Positions 27,380-39,499 of a stretch of DNA of 64,000 bases are shown here, piece after piece. Made by a program: the position numbers and the translations under genes. Origin of the DNA: Antedon mediterranea. Lineage: Eukaryota; Animalia; Echinodermata. Under the pieces are notes generated by a model that was given only the letters and a program-made list of their open reading frames with translations, did no database searches and was not told the origin of the DNA. How positions within the stretch are numbered: the stretch's first letter is position 1; every line of letters starts with the position of its first letter. The stretch is from the NCBI RefSeq assembly GCF_964355755.1, contig NC_092675.1, positions 21,548,912 to 21,612,911 of the forward strand, written 5' to 3'.

Positions 27380-27397
27380 TGGGGGCTCGTCCGGGAT
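27380..27397 (+). promoter_or_regulatory. Primer-binding site for tRNA-Pro
   Basis: TGGGGGCTCGTCCGGGAT, the complement of the tRNA-Pro 3' end, 5 nt after the LTR. Confidence 0.9.
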
Positions 27398-27491
27398 GCT
27401 CCGGGAAAACCGGAGTTATCGGACTCACTCGGGGTTTGGAACAAACAATCACTGCTACACTATTGTAATTTTTTTTAACCATTTGTTTATA

Positions 27492-30400
27492 ATGGAGTTT
27501 GAGGCTGAAAAATACCTTGCAGAGTGTGTTTCCTGGGAAAAATTTAATACGTTAAAAAAGCCAGATTTGTTGGCGTTGGGAAGGTATTTTGATCTGCATT
27601 TAAAACAGTCTACGAGAAAACAAGTTGTTAAAAATAAATTAATTGAAACCCTTGTAAGAGAAGAATACTTAGAAGAATCATGTTTAAAGGAAGTGATTGT
27701 GGTTGAGGAAGTAGAGAGTGAAGCTGTAAAATTAAAAGAATTAGAGTTACAAATGGCTAAGATGGAAATTGATAAAGAGAGAATGATGATGGAAATGGAA
27801 ATGGAGAGGGCAAAGCAAAAAGCAGATGTAGAGTTAGAGCTTGCGAAATTGCAGTACCAAATTGAAAGAGACATTATTGAGAGAGAGAGAGAAGGAAAAG
27901 TAAATGTTGCTAGTGCGCCTAATGCTTTCGATGCGTCTAAACACATTAGGCTTGTTCCAAAATTTCAGGAAACCGAAGTTGATAAATATTTTCAACACTT
28001 TGAAAAAATTGCGTACAGTATGAAGTGGCCGAAAGAAAAGTGGACCCTTCTGTTACAGAGTGTTTTCATAGGGAAAGCACGTGAAATTTATTCGGCTCTA
28101 CCCCTTCATGAATGTAGTGATTATGAAATAGTGAAGAAAGCAGTGCTCAGTGCTTACGAACTTGTGCCAGAAGCTTATCGACAAAGATTTAGAGATGCGA
28201 GGATACAGTGTGAACAAACGCATGTGAAGTTTGCCAGAGTTAAAGAGCAAATGTTTGATAGATGGGTTAGTTCTAAAGATGTAGAATTGAATTATGATAA
28301 TTTAAAGCAAATGATGTTAATAGAAGAATTTAAAAGGTGCATTCATGTTGATATTAAAATTCACCTTGATGAACGTAAAATTGATACATTGAAAGACGCA
28401 GCAGTATATGCCGATGACTATGCATTGACTCATAAATTAAGTGCGATAAACATAAATAATCCTAACCATGAGGATAAACCACGTGATTACAAACGGGTAT
28501 CTGATACTAAGAGACAGAGTCCGTTTAAGAGTAAGCGTTGGGATAAGCCTAAGGTATTAACATGTTACCATTGCAAAAAACCAGGACATGTTATGTCTCA
28601 ATGTTATTTTCTCAAACGTAACTCAAGTAACAAATCTTTTCTTCCAGTAGGATGTGCTACATTAAAAGGGGACACCAACAACATTTCAAAAGTAAATAAG
28701 CAAATTGAATGTAATAAAACTAATGAAAATTTTGCACCATTTATGTCAGAGGCACGGGTATCGCTTAAAGGTGATGATTGCTTTAAACGCATTAGGGTCA
28801 TGCGAGATACATGCTGTGCCCAATCTATGATGTTGGAAGGAGCTCTTTCTTTCGGTAAAAGTAGTTCTACGAGTATGACCGCGTTAATTCGAGGTGTGGG
28901 GATGAATGTTATTAATGTCCCGTTACACAAAGTAATAATTGATTCTGAATTAGTTAAAGGGGAAGCGATAATAGGTGTTGTACCGGAGCTTCCAGTAAAG
29001 GGAATTGATATGCTTTTGGGTAATGATTTGGCTGGCGGTAGGGTGTTACCTGAATTAATGATTAACGATAATTTAACTCGCACACTACAAGAGTCTAATG
29101 TGCTATGTGAAACTGGTACGCCCGACAATGATTGGGAATACCCCGCCTGCGCTGTAACACGTGCAATGACACAGAAAATTGAAGATAGAATGTCCGATAA
29201 CGATGGATTAGATTTAGAGGGGACATTCATGTCAAATCTAGAATTTTATAACCCAGGTGAAGATATCAAAAAGACAAAGTGCGACACTTCCGTAAATGTA
29301 GGGTCAGGTGAACCCAAAAGTAGAAAAAGAGAGCCTTTAAGTACAGAAATGTTGATCAAGGAACAAGAAGATGATTCATTTATACAGAAATTGGGGTCTA
29401 GGGTGTTACCTAAGGAGGAGGCGGCAAAACTACCGGTCTGCTTCTATAAAGAAAATAACGTTGTTATGAGAAAATGGAGGCCACGTCATGCACAGGTACA
29501 TGATGTGTGGGCTGTGGTACATCAAATTGTAGTCCCGAAAGTCTATCACGACGATGTAATAGGCATAGCCCATGACAACTCTATGTCAGGGCACTTGGGT
29601 GTTAGAAAAACACATGATAAAATTATTCAACATTTCTGGTGGCCATCTCTTAAAAAGGAAGTATCACGCTATTGCCGTTTGTGCCACATATGCCAGGTTG
29701 TGGGAAAGCCAAATAAGAAAATTCCGGTAGCACCGCTTAAGCCAATACCCGCTTTTGGGGAACCATTCAGCAAAGTTATGATAGATTGCGTTGGTCCATT
29801 GCCAAAAACAAAGTCCGGAAATCAATATCTCCTTACTATTATGTGCTGCTCTACGCGTTTTCCCGAAGCAGTCCCACTTAGAAATATTAATGCAGCAACG
29901 GTAGTCAAAGCTTTAATTAAATTCTTCACATTAGTTGGTTTGCCTACATCAATTCAATCTGACCAGGGCACTAATTTTAAATCAGGGTTATTCCAACAAA
30001 TTATGTTACAATTGGGCATAGAGCAATCAACATCTAGTGCGTATCACCCAGAGTCTCAAGGTGCTATAGAAAGATTTCACCAAACGTTAAAAAACATGTT
30101 AAGGGCATATTGTGTAGAGTTTCAAAGGGAATGGGACGAAGGGGTACATTTAGTTCTTTTTGCAGCCAGAGAATCTGTACAAGAAACATTAGGTTTCAGC
30201 CCATTTCAGTTGGTCTTCGGTCACTCCGTGCTGAAAGACAAGTGGCTCCAAGGAGAACTAAATAATGTAAATTTATTGGATTATGTATGTGACTTTAGGC
30301 ATAAACTTAACAGGGCGACCGTCATTGCTAAAGCAATTTAGTAAAAGCACAAACTAAGATGAAAACTTGGTATGATAAAAATGCAAAAAGCAGGGTTTTT

Positions 30401-30553
30401 AAACCTGGGGACAAAGTTTTGACGTTGTTTCCCATTCAGGGGAGCCCAATGCAAGCGCGATTTCACGGTCCATACGAAATCGACTCAAAAATAAATGATC
30501 TAAATTATGTCATAAATACACCAGGGAGACGGAAGAGTAGACAATTATGTCAC
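27492..30553 (+). CDS. Gmr1-like gag (SCAN-like capsid, CCHC), protease and integrase; frameshift near 30335
   Basis: YELVPEAYRQRFR...IEEF (SCAN-like), CYHCKKPGHVMSQC, RDTCCAQS, AHD..SGHLG...C..C, IDCVGPLP, QSDQG, ERFHQTLK, then GPY segment 30359-30553 in another frame. Confidence 0.9.
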
Positions 30554-31328
30554 TGTAAGACACAAAAAAGAATACACTGCGTCCTCACTGTTGTTATACG
30601 ACTCAATCTCAAACTTTAATGCAACGTAAAATATGGTACACACGAAACATTAATTTGTATGGTATTTGGTTCGAAATCTGTAAGATATAATAATAACTCG
30701 CAAGTTAAGCAATTGCTATAGCGCCATCTATAATGGAAATCACTCAAGCGTGACGACCGATCTACGCTACAATCAGTACGATCGGACAAAATGAATACGC
30801 TATAAATAACTAAACTATAGGAATACCGTCAGCGGTGGTTCTAAACAATGTAACTAACCACATAACACATGAAATATAAACAATATGATTATCAAATTCT
30901 ATGTTAATAAATCCAGGTGATCTGTAAATATATCTACGTACGTTAACATGTTATTTCTGTATACTAGCTATCATTATACAAGTTTGCGTACGTAACATTT
31001 ACACAAGATGGATGCCAAAGGCGAAAACTACATGCATCCTCATCAACACTTATGCATAAACTAATTATAAATATTATAACAGTATAACGTTGATTCTGAT
31101 TATGATCTAACAATGATTAGCTATACTAATACTCACTCTTGAGCTCTCAATTAACAACCGAAAATTAAACTGTAGTTAACAATAATATGCCGTGTCTCAG
31201 AAAATCACACACGTGCGTCTATTACTGCTTCTCGTTACCTACACTAACATAAAAAATCACAACATAAATATAGAGGGCGTACTTCAATATCCTAAACGAT
31301 ACACTCCCCCACCAAAAACAACACTAAA

Positions 31329-34300
31329 CTATTGTTCTTCAATTGGAAGGATTACAACTAATCGTTGCACAGCTCGTTTTAATGTTGTTACTAAACCATT
31401 TTCTGTATGAACTCGAACTTCCGCATTCCTCACTCTATCATCAGTACTTTGGTATGTCTCTGTTACCCTGCCTAATCTCCATTTACCTCTAACTGCATTA
31501 CTATCTTGTATCAACACAACGTCACCCTTCTTCACATCACGTCTTATGGTATGCCATTTCTGTCTTATAATCAATGAAGGAAAATAATCCCGCGTCCACT
31601 TCTTCCAAAACCCATTTACCAAGCATTGTATGAACTTCAGTCGATCCTTAATGCTTACGTTATCACTCCATGGTTCATCTGGTACCTTTCCAGTAGATCT
31701 GCCCAACAATAAATCATTTGGAGACAGATATGACCCATCCTGTGGATCTGTAGGATGCTTTCCAATCGGCCTCTCATTTGTTAAATTCGCTACTTCAAAC
31801 ATAACAGTCTGAAGTTCACTGAAGGCAAGCACCTGTCCACCGATTGCATGACTAAGCGCTTTCTTAATCCCTCTAATCAGACTCTCAGTCACTCCATTCT
31901 GCCAGGGAGCATCAGGTGTAGAAAACTTCCACGTTGTGCCATGGTTCACCCCAAAACTCTTCAACTGTTTGGCTGCTGCACTCAGCTGTGTCCCAGCATC
32001 GCTGTATACTTCTTTGGGGTATCCTCGAAGTGAAACGAACTTTCTGAACACTTGCAGGAACGCGTCTGTACTATAGTCAGTGGCTATGTCGATGTAGACT
32101 GCTCTCGTCACAAAACAATCAAAAACTACACCGTATGCCTTTCCTCGAGCTCGCTTGTTAACTTCACCTCTTGTTGTGAATGGCCCAAATAAATCAACCC
32201 CTATATACATCCATGGTGGTGATGGTTTCAGTCGAGTAATTGGTAATGGTCCCATTTTCTGAGCTGCAGTGTTTTTCTCAAACCGCCTACAAGTTACACA
32301 ATGGTACTTAATGCTTTTGACCATTCTCTGTACGTCAATTATCCAGTATTTCGATCGAATCTTGGCAACGATTGACTGCACTCCCAAATGCCCTTTACTA
32401 TGGATTTCTTTAGCGTATAGTTTCGTAAAAGCGTTATCGTATGGCAACAAAGGTACTTCTTGCTTATTGTAGCTGAAATGTACGTTTCGACTTATTCTTT
32501 CTCCCACAACAATTACTCCATCTTCACGAATCTTAGGCCCCAAGCGAGCGTATGTCTTGTCAAATTTAGTTTTATCTTTGGATAATAGATTTATCATTAT
32601 TTTCTGCGATTCCTTTATCCAGAAATGTTCCGCACCTTTAGTATCCTTGACCTCGATCTCTTCTAATATACTCTTTAGTCTCCTTTTCTCATACACTTTG
32701 AGAACTCTGGCAGTCACCCTTAACAACTTCTGATACTTGCTCTGCCGTCTAATTATTCTATCAGCTAATGAGTCTTCCTCTTCGATGTTCACTGCCATGA
32801 CTATCTTCACTCGTTCTGGAAGGGTCTTTATATTACAACTTTGTTCAATTGGCCAATTCTCAACTGGCTGTCGCAAAAACTCTGGTCCCCTTTGCCACTC
32901 ACTATTTGGCCCAATCTGGGATGGATTCATTCCTCGTGTGATTGCGTCCGCTATATTAACCTCTCCTCTACACCACCACCAATCTTGAGGTTCCGTGTCT
33001 TGTTGTATCTCCCCGATTCTTGTGGCGGCAAATGTTTTGAACCCATAGCTTTGTTTTTGTACCATGGCTTGTACAATCTCGCTGTCTACAACATAAAAAA
33101 CTTGGTCAAACATAATTCTCGTCTCATTTATGATATATTGTGCCAATCTCTTACTCATCACCGCTGCACTTAGCTCCAATCGCACCACGCTAATAATCTC
33201 TATTGGAGCAACCCTGCTTTTACTGGCAACGATTTTAGATGAAAATTGTCCGTCCCACTGTTCGTAACGGACGTATGCCACTGCGCCTAACGCCTTCTCG
33301 GACGCATCAGAAAACATAATCAAACTTGGTAATATGCCCGGCTTTGCATCCAACGGTTTAACGCATCTCCTAAATTCGACGCTTGATGTTGTACTTAAAT
33401 CTTCAAATAAATCTATCCACTCCGCCCTCTCGCTCATGTTTATAGCTTCATCCCACTCTAATTTAGCTCCCCACAGCTTTCGAAGTAGAATCTTTGCCCT
33501 CACGGTGATTGGAGTTATCAACCCCAAAGGATCATACACAGAATTGATTTTGCTTAGGCATATACGTTTGGTTAACACTTCTGGTATCTCCTTGAAGGTA
33601 CGAACGTTGTCCGTGAACGCAAGAACGTCATCACCTGGTTTCCAACTGATTCCTAACACCTTCTCTTCCTTTGGATTCCATGTTTCTTCAAGCTTTTCTC
33701 TTCCCGAGAATATCCAATGCTTTATGGCGAAATTTCCTGGCTGTATTAATTTCTCTCTTTCTTCCGCTCGTTGCCTTGCTTTCTTTGCGGATTCTTCACA
33801 CTCCAGAATGTCATCCACATAAACATTGTTTAAAACTGTCTCTGCGGCTTCAGGTGTTGACAGTTTCCCTGCTTTTGCCGTTTTCCTCAAAGCCACTGTT
33901 GCTATGGTGGCAGATGGACGGTCTCCAAAATTTACAGCAGTCACGCAATAGGTTTTTGGTAGGGTATTCTGGTTCAAATCTCTCCAGAGAAACCGATGAC
34001 AGTGCTGGTCCAGCTGGGTGATAGCAACACTATGATACATCTTTCTTATGTCACCTACCAGTGCATGAGGTTTTTCTCTGAATCTCAGTAGAACAGCTAA
34101 CAAGTCATTAACAAGGTCGGGTCCTTTGGCCCAATAGTCGTTAAGAACATGTCCCTTGTAGGCCGCACTGCTATTAAAGACGATTCGCACTGGGGTGCTG
34201 GAACTATCAGGCTTTTCTACTGCATGGTGAGAAATATAATGTATTGGTCCTTTGTATTCTTGCAATTCCATTTCCTTTATTTCTCTCGCCACCCCTCGTT

Positions 34301-35483
34301 TCAACATATCTGCTATTTGCTCTTCGTATATCTTTTTCTTTGCTGAGTCTTTCATTAATCTTTTCTCTAGCGCTGCTAACTTCGCCACCGCCACTTTTTT
34401 GTTATCTGGTAGATTGTTTGGGTCTTTGATCCAAGGGTACCTTGCGGTCCATTTACCTGCTTCATACAGTAAGTTGTCTTCTATCAACTTTAATTCACGT
34501 TCTTCTTTCAGAGTGTACTTCTGCGCTCCACTGGGGCATTTGCCACATCGACACGAACCACATTTAGGCTGACAGTTAACCCCCATACTTTCTATCGTCA
34601 GAAAGTCGTCAAAGGACGTTGTCTTAACATAGTTCACTAGTATTCCTGCCCCTTCTTCCCATTCGATAGAAGGATGAGACCCTCCAATACACTGACCAAA
34701 CTGGTTTTTCAGTAGAACTAGATGACCACATGCCTTGATCTTCGTCGGATGGTAACCAGCATACTCGTATCCAACTAACAAGTCGACCTCTCCAGTTGGT
34801 CTCTTGACCTGCTCAGGATATACATTAAGTATTTTGGCGAGGTTTTCTAAGTTCTGATTGCCAATTTTTGCCGTTATCTTCGGAATCCCATAGGCTTCTA
34901 CTGCAACACAGTTTCCCATATTATCATTCAGTAATATTTTATATTTCATGCTGTCGATGCATTCGGTTTGCCCGCCTACTTTGGTCATGCTTATTTTCAC
35001 TGGCCTTCCCTTTGCCTTTATGCGTTTGGCCGCATCATGTGTGATTAATGACGCCGTCGCACAACTATCCCAAAGAGTGTTGAGCTCGTTCTTGCCGCTC
35101 CTCACTTTCATCAATTGTAACAAACAAGGGTCAGATTTCATCTGTAAGCTATTTTCAAGGGACGACACTGTCGGAATTGGTTCTGTGTTCTGAGTCTGCT
35201 GATGTAACAGCTTGTGATGAAGTCTCCTGCAACCATCCGTATCGCATTGCTTCTTCCCTTTACACTTAGCAATGATGTGGCCGGCTGTTAGGCAGCAGAA
35301 ACATGCTCGGTTTTCTTTCAAGATGTTCAGCCTCTCATCCACAGATTTGTTCAAGAAGGTTCGACAATTCTTGGTTTCGTGTTGACTTTCTTTGTGTAGA
35401 AGGCACTTTGGTCTGCTAGATATTTCTACCATGTGCATCGATGCGGCTGCTTTGGTGGGTTGGTTTGTCCGTATTGCCCCCAA
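31329..35483 (-). CDS. BEL/Pao polyprotein: zinc knuckles, protease, RT, RNase H, integrase
   Basis: CFCCLTAGHIIAKC, C....C...HHKLLH, LWDSCAT, GDIRKMY, FGDRPS, YVDD, YDPLG, FSDASE, GVDLFGP, YSDAG, FWKKW.RDY. Confidence 0.92.
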   Translation of the reverse strand: MGAIRTNQPTKAAASMHMVEISSRPKCLLHKESQHETKNCRTFLNKSVDERLNILKENRACFCCLTAGHIIAKCKGKKQCDTDGCRRLHHKLLHQQTQNTEPIPTVSSLENSLQMKSDPCLLQLMKVRSGKNELNTLWDSCATASLITHDAAKRIKAKGRPVKISMTKVGGQTECIDSMKYKILLNDNMGNCVAVEAYGIPKITAKIGNQNLENLAKILNVYPEQVKRPTGEVDLLVGYEYAGYHPTKIKACGHLVLLKNQFGQCIGGSHPSIEWEEGAGILVNYVKTTSFDDFLTIESMGVNCQPKCGSCRCGKCPSGAQKYTLKEERELKLIEDNLLYEAGKWTARYPWIKDPNNLPDNKKVAVAKLAALEKRLMKDSAKKKIYEEQIADMLKRGVAREIKEMELQEYKGPIHYISHHAVEKPDSSSTPVRIVFNSSAAYKGHVLNDYWAKGPDLVNDLLAVLLRFREKPHALVGDIRKMYHSVAITQLDQHCHRFLWRDLNQNTLPKTYCVTAVNFGDRPSATIATVALRKTAKAGKLSTPEAAETVLNNVYVDDILECEESAKKARQRAEEREKLIQPGNFAIKHWIFSGREKLEETWNPKEEKVLGISWKPGDDVLAFTDNVRTFKEIPEVLTKRICLSKINSVYDPLGLITPITVRAKILLRKLWGAKLEWDEAINMSERAEWIDLFEDLSTTSSVEFRRCVKPLDAKPGILPSLIMFSDASEKALGAVAYVRYEQWDGQFSSKIVASKSRVAPIEIISVVRLELSAAVMSKRLAQYIINETRIMFDQVFYVVDSEIVQAMVQKQSYGFKTFAATRIGEIQQDTEPQDWWWCRGEVNIADAITRGMNPSQIGPNSEWQRGPEFLRQPVENWPIEQSCNIKTLPERVKIVMAVNIEEEDSLADRIIRRQSKYQKLLRVTARVLKVYEKRRLKSILEEIEVKDTKGAEHFWIKESQKIMINLLSKDKTKFDKTYARLGPKIREDGVIVVGERISRNVHFSYNKQEVPLLPYDNAFTKLYAKEIHSKGHLGVQSIVAKIRSKYWIIDVQRMVKSIKYHCVTCRRFEKNTAAQKMGPLPITRLKPSPPWMYIGVDLFGPFTTRGEVNKRARGKAYGVVFDCFVTRAVYIDIATDYSTDAFLQVFRKFVSLRGYPKEVYSDAGTQLSAAAKQLKSFGVNHGTTWKFSTPDAPWQNGVTESLIRGIKKALSHAIGGQVLAFSELQTVMFEVANLTNERPIGKHPTDPQDGSYLSPNDLLLGRSTGKVPDEPWSDNVSIKDRLKFIQCLVNGFWKKWTRDYFPSLIIRQKWHTIRRDVKKGDVVLIQDSNAVRGKWRLGRVTETYQSTDDRVRNAEVRVHTENGLVTTLKRAVQRLVVILPIEEQ

Positions 35484-36318
35484 ATTTCAGTAGTTCTGGG
35501 AATCTATCAGTTTTATCGACACCGTTGGCTTCTTCATGCATATGTCGGACCCATCTTCCAAACACTGATGGTGGTAGTTTCTTTTCTATCTCTCCCACCA
35601 CCTTGGAATTAGATATTTCTCTTTCTAGTCCTGCTCTTTTCAGGTCGTGATAACTTGCTTCCACTTTGTCGATATATGTCACTAGTTTGTTATCTTCGCC
35701 ATCTTTAATTTCTCGTTTCTGTTCTAATTCACTTACAATTGTATCTACTAATTTCACTTTGTCGCCATATCTCTCGTCAAGCCTTTCCCACATTAAATCA
35801 ATATTATCTTCAACTGGTCCCAGAATTTTTAGCGGTGCTTGCCCTAGAGTTTGCCTCAAGGCAAACGACAATTGTTTAGGATGTGTCACAGGAATCACGA
35901 AAGTCTTGAAGTCCTCCTTAAATCTAGCGTATCTTCTAACGTTACCTTCAAATCTAGGCAAATCCATCTTTTTTAGTTGCAGTGTTGATCGCTTTTCCTT
36001 TGGATCTCGTTCATCTTCCTGAACTTTCACTGGTGGGTTTACGTTAGCTTTATATTTGATAACACCACGACGGACGTCGTTGAATCTGTTCTGTACCTCT
36101 TCTATCCATGCTGCTTGTTCAGCATCTTCTGGATCTTCTATTTTCATTTGAATCTCTACATGTAAGTCTTGGATTTTCTTCCAGATCTCAGTCATATCTA
36201 CAATCAGAATCTCTAGATATTCTACCGGACTGGACTCTTCCATTGCTTGCTGTATTGTCTTTATGACTCTGGTCATAGCACCTTTCTGCACACTACGTCT
36301 TCTTTTTATCTCATCCAT
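35416..36318 (-). CDS. BEL/Pao gag (DUF1759-like), out of frame with pol near 35485
   Basis: LKKMDLPRFEGN...Y.RF..DF, WERLDERYG, IEKKLP....W. Likely start MDEIK at 36318. Confidence 0.85.
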   Translation of the reverse strand: MDEIKRRRSVQKGAMTRVIKTIQQAMEESSPVEYLEILIVDMTEIWKKIQDLHVEIQMKIEDPEDAEQAAWIEEVQNRFNDVRRGVIKYKANVNPPVKVQEDERDPKEKRSTLQLKKMDLPRFEGNVRRYARFKEDFKTFVIPVTHPKQLSFALRQTLGQAPLKILGPVEDNIDLMWERLDERYGDKVKLVDTIVSELEQKREIKDGEDNKLVTYIDKVEASYHDLKRAGLEREISNSKVVGEIEKKLPPSVFGRWVRHMHEEANGVDKTDRFPELLKFGGNTDKPTHQSSRIDAHGRNI

Positions 36319-37105
36319 TTCAATGGATTGTAGTAAAGATAGGAATTTCGAACGTAAGACACAAAAAAGAATACACTGCGTCCTCACTGTTGTTATACGA
36401 CTCAATCTCAAACTTTAATGCAACGTAAAATATGGTACACACGAAACATTAATTTGTATGGTATTTGGTTCGAAATCTGTAAGATATAATAATAATAACT
36501 CGCAAGTTAAGCAATTGCTATAGCGCCATCTATAATGGAAATCACTCAAGCGTGACGACCGATCTACGCTACAATCAGTACGATCGGACAAAATGAATAC
36601 GCTATAAATAACTAAACTATAGGAATACCGTCAGCGGTGGTTCTAAACAATGTAACTAACCACATAACACATGAAATATAAACAATATGATTATCAAATT
36701 CTATGTTAATAAATCCAGGTGATCTGTAAATATATCTACGTACGTTAACATGTTATTTCTGTATACTAGCTATCATTATACAAGTTTGCGTACGTAACAT
36801 TTACACAAGATGGATGCCAAAGGCGAAAACTACATGCATCCTCATCAACACTTATGCATAAACTAATTATAAATATTATAACAGTATAACGTTGATTCTG
36901 ATTATGATCTAACAATGATTAGCTATACTAATACTCACTCTTGAGCTCTCAATTAACAACCGAAAATTAAACTGTAGTTAACAATAATATGCCGTGTCTC
37001 AGAAAATCACACACGTGCGTCTATTACTGCTTCTCGTTACCTACACTAACATAAAAAATCACAACATAAATATAGAGGGCGTACTTCAATATCCTAAACG
37101 ATACA

Positions 37106-38672
37106 GTCACATTAATATGCTTAAAGAATATGCCGAACATGTTTCTCGCGATGTAAAACCAAATTGTGCGGCTGTAGCTTGTAACAATGACGGTGGCTCT
37201 CACAATGATTTAAAAGAAAAGGGCAAGGAATATGATTTAAAACTAAGCAACTCTGATGTAATGAACAATTTACAACAAAAGTTAACTCATTTATCAATAG
37301 AACAACAGAGTCAATTGAGTACACTTGTGAATAAATGGAACGGTATCTTTTCTGACACCCCTAGTGTAACAAATGCTGCAATCCATGATATCATTGTTGG
37401 GGATACACAACCTATTAAGCAACATCCTTACAGGGTGAATCCAATTAAAATGAAGTATCTCCATAAGGAAATTGAATATAATTTATGTTAAAAAATAGTA
37501 TAATTGAGCTTAGTAAAAGCGACTGGAGTTCGCCATGCATGCTTGTTCCCAAGTCTGATGGTTCATATAGACTCGTGGCGGATATGCGAGCAGTTAATCG
37601 TTGTTTAAAAACAGACTCGTATCCAATTCCGAGAATTGAAGATTTAATAGATAAGGTGGGGAACGCAAAATTTGTTAGTAAATTTGACCTTTTAAAAGGC
37701 TACTGGCAAGTGCCACTAACGCCGCGCGCCCAGGAAATTTCTGCGTTCTGTACCCCGTTCGGGCTTTATCAATACAGGGTGATGCCGTTTGGCCTTAAGA
37801 ATGCGCCCGCGACATTTCAGCGAATGGTAAATCGACTTGTAGCTAACGTAGAAGGCTGCGAGGCGTACGTTGATGACCTGATAGTATACAGTCAAACTTG
37901 GGAGCAACACATGCAACAGCTAAATAAAATGTTTAAAGCTTTGTCACAAGCAAACCTAACTGTAAACTTAAGTAAGAGTGAATTCTGTCATGCTACGGTT
38001 ACGTATCTTGGTCATGTTGTGGGGCAGGGAAGGGTTAGACCCATCAGGGCTAAGGTTGAGAGTATTTATCGGTACCCAGCACCCACAAACAAAAAATCGT
38101 TGATGAGGTTTTTAGGGATGGTGGGGTACTATCGGAAGTTTTGTCCCAATTTTTCTAGCGTAGCAGGTCCTCTTACAGAATTGCTTAAGAAGAATGTAAA
38201 ATTTAAGTGGTCGGATATATGTGAAAGTGCCTTTAGGAAAATTAAGTCTATGCTAATGTGTGAACCAATCCTTATAGCACCGGATTTTAAGAAACAATTC
38301 CGTTTGTATGTAGACGCCTGTGATGTGGGGATTGGTAGCGTTCTCATGCAGAAGAACGTTGATGGGATAGAATGTCCCGTATGTTATTTTTCTAGAAAAT
38401 TAAGTAAACATCAAATGAATTATTCGACTATTGAGAAAGAATGTCTGGCACTATTGGAGTCGTTAACGCACTTTGATGTATATGTAAGCACTACCGTAGA
38501 CCCAATAATTGTGTTCACTGACCACAACCCACTTACCTTTATTTATAAAATGCGAAATAAAAATCAGCGGTTGCTGAGGTGGGGACTAACTTTACAAGAA
38601 TACAATGTTGAGATTAAGCATGTTAAAGGAAAGGAAAATGTGATTGCCGATGCTCTGTCTCGTGGGGTGTGA
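37106..38672 (+). CDS. Gmr1-like pol continuation: RT and RNase H (frameshift near 37485)
   Basis: HINMLKEY resumes after the BEL TSD; PIKQHPYR, DLLKGYWQV, MPFGLKNAPATFQR, YVDD, VDAC, YSTIEKE, TDHNPL, ADALSR. Confidence 0.92.
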
Positions 38673-38674
38673 AC

Positions 38675-38770
38675 AATATAAATATTATGAATGTAATGCA
38701 AATGAATATAAATATTATGAATGTAATGCAAATGAATATAAATATTATGAATGTAATGCAAATGAATATA
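38675..38770 (+). repeat. 30-bp tandem repeat, ~3.2 copies, in the Gypsy 3' UTR
   Basis: (aatataaatattatgaatgtaatgcaaatg)x3. Confidence 0.9.
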
Positions 38771-39056
38771 GATGTGTAAAATTAAGAATAATGTATGTAT
38801 ACTTGTGTGAAAAAAAAAATAGTAAAAAATACAAGTTAAAATAGTGATATGTAGCCCTAAGGTAAAGAAAAGTAGGAAATGTAATAAAAATGGAAGTGTT
38901 AAAAAAAAAAAAATAGATGAATAAAATGAAAATATATGATGATGTAATGTGAAATTGAAATTGTGTAATTAATTAGAGATGTTTTTGTAAATACCAGTGG
39001 TTGGTGAGGAGGCACCAAAAGTTTTCCTGACGAAAAACTAACTTTAAGGGGGAGAG

Positions 39057-39499
39057 TGTTACGTGTGACGAGAGTCAGGTGTCACATGTCGCATGCAAAT
39101 GAATCAAGTCGTCGGTGGTCAAGTGGACGAATCAGAATGGAGCATGGTGGTGCGCGGTATTTTGGAAAGCTGTGCTGGGTGTGGGATACAAAGAAGGGAG
39201 TCACTCAGGAGACAGGGCCAGCTAAGGACGCTTGCGGTTAGAACTGTGCTTGAGACTGGAAGCGAGGCAGGACGATAAGAATGGGGAGGTTGTGATGTGT
39301 ACGGATGGCCAGGCAAACCAACCACTCGGTATCATACGTATCTATAATTGTGTTGTTATGTATTTTGTGCTTCGTGAAAGGAAATAAATGGAGCTCGTGC
39401 TCTTTGCATAATACTCTGAGTGTCGACAATTGTTTGTTCCAAGCCTCGTTGTTGCTATTTATTTAGGTATTTCGGCCTAGGCCAAAAGTGGCCGTAACA
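39057..39499 (+). repeat. 3' LTR of the Gmr1-like element
   Basis: Preceded by the PPT and followed by TSD ATTG. Confidence 0.95.

Larger units (their letters stand above)
30554..37105 (-). mobile_element. Full-length BEL/Pao LTR retrotransposon nested antisense in the Gmr1-like element
   Basis: LTRs 30554-31303 and 36353-37105 (differ by one AAT unit and a terminal base, by eye), 5-bp TSD GTCAC (30549-30553, 37106-37110), PPT GGGGGAG at 31304-31310 on minus. Confidence 0.95.
26938..39499 (+). mobile_element. Full-length Gmr1-like Ty3/Gypsy LTR retrotransposon (integrase upstream of RT), interrupted by a BEL element
   Basis: LTRs 26938-27374 and 39057-39499 (TG...CA; differ by a 6-nt indel), TSD ATTG, tRNA-Pro PBS, PPT aagggggagag before 39057. 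Domain order gag-PR-IN-RT-RH. Confidence 0.95.

Noticed and set aside
27455-36022. Many 60-208 aa ORFs antisense to Gypsy and BEL coding regions
   Set aside because: Shadow frames of the retrotransposon ORFs with no independent motifs.
36994-37491. 165-aa ORF MSQKITHV...
   Set aside because: Chimeric read-through from the BEL LTR into the interrupted Gypsy pol; only the part after 37105 is real coding sequence.
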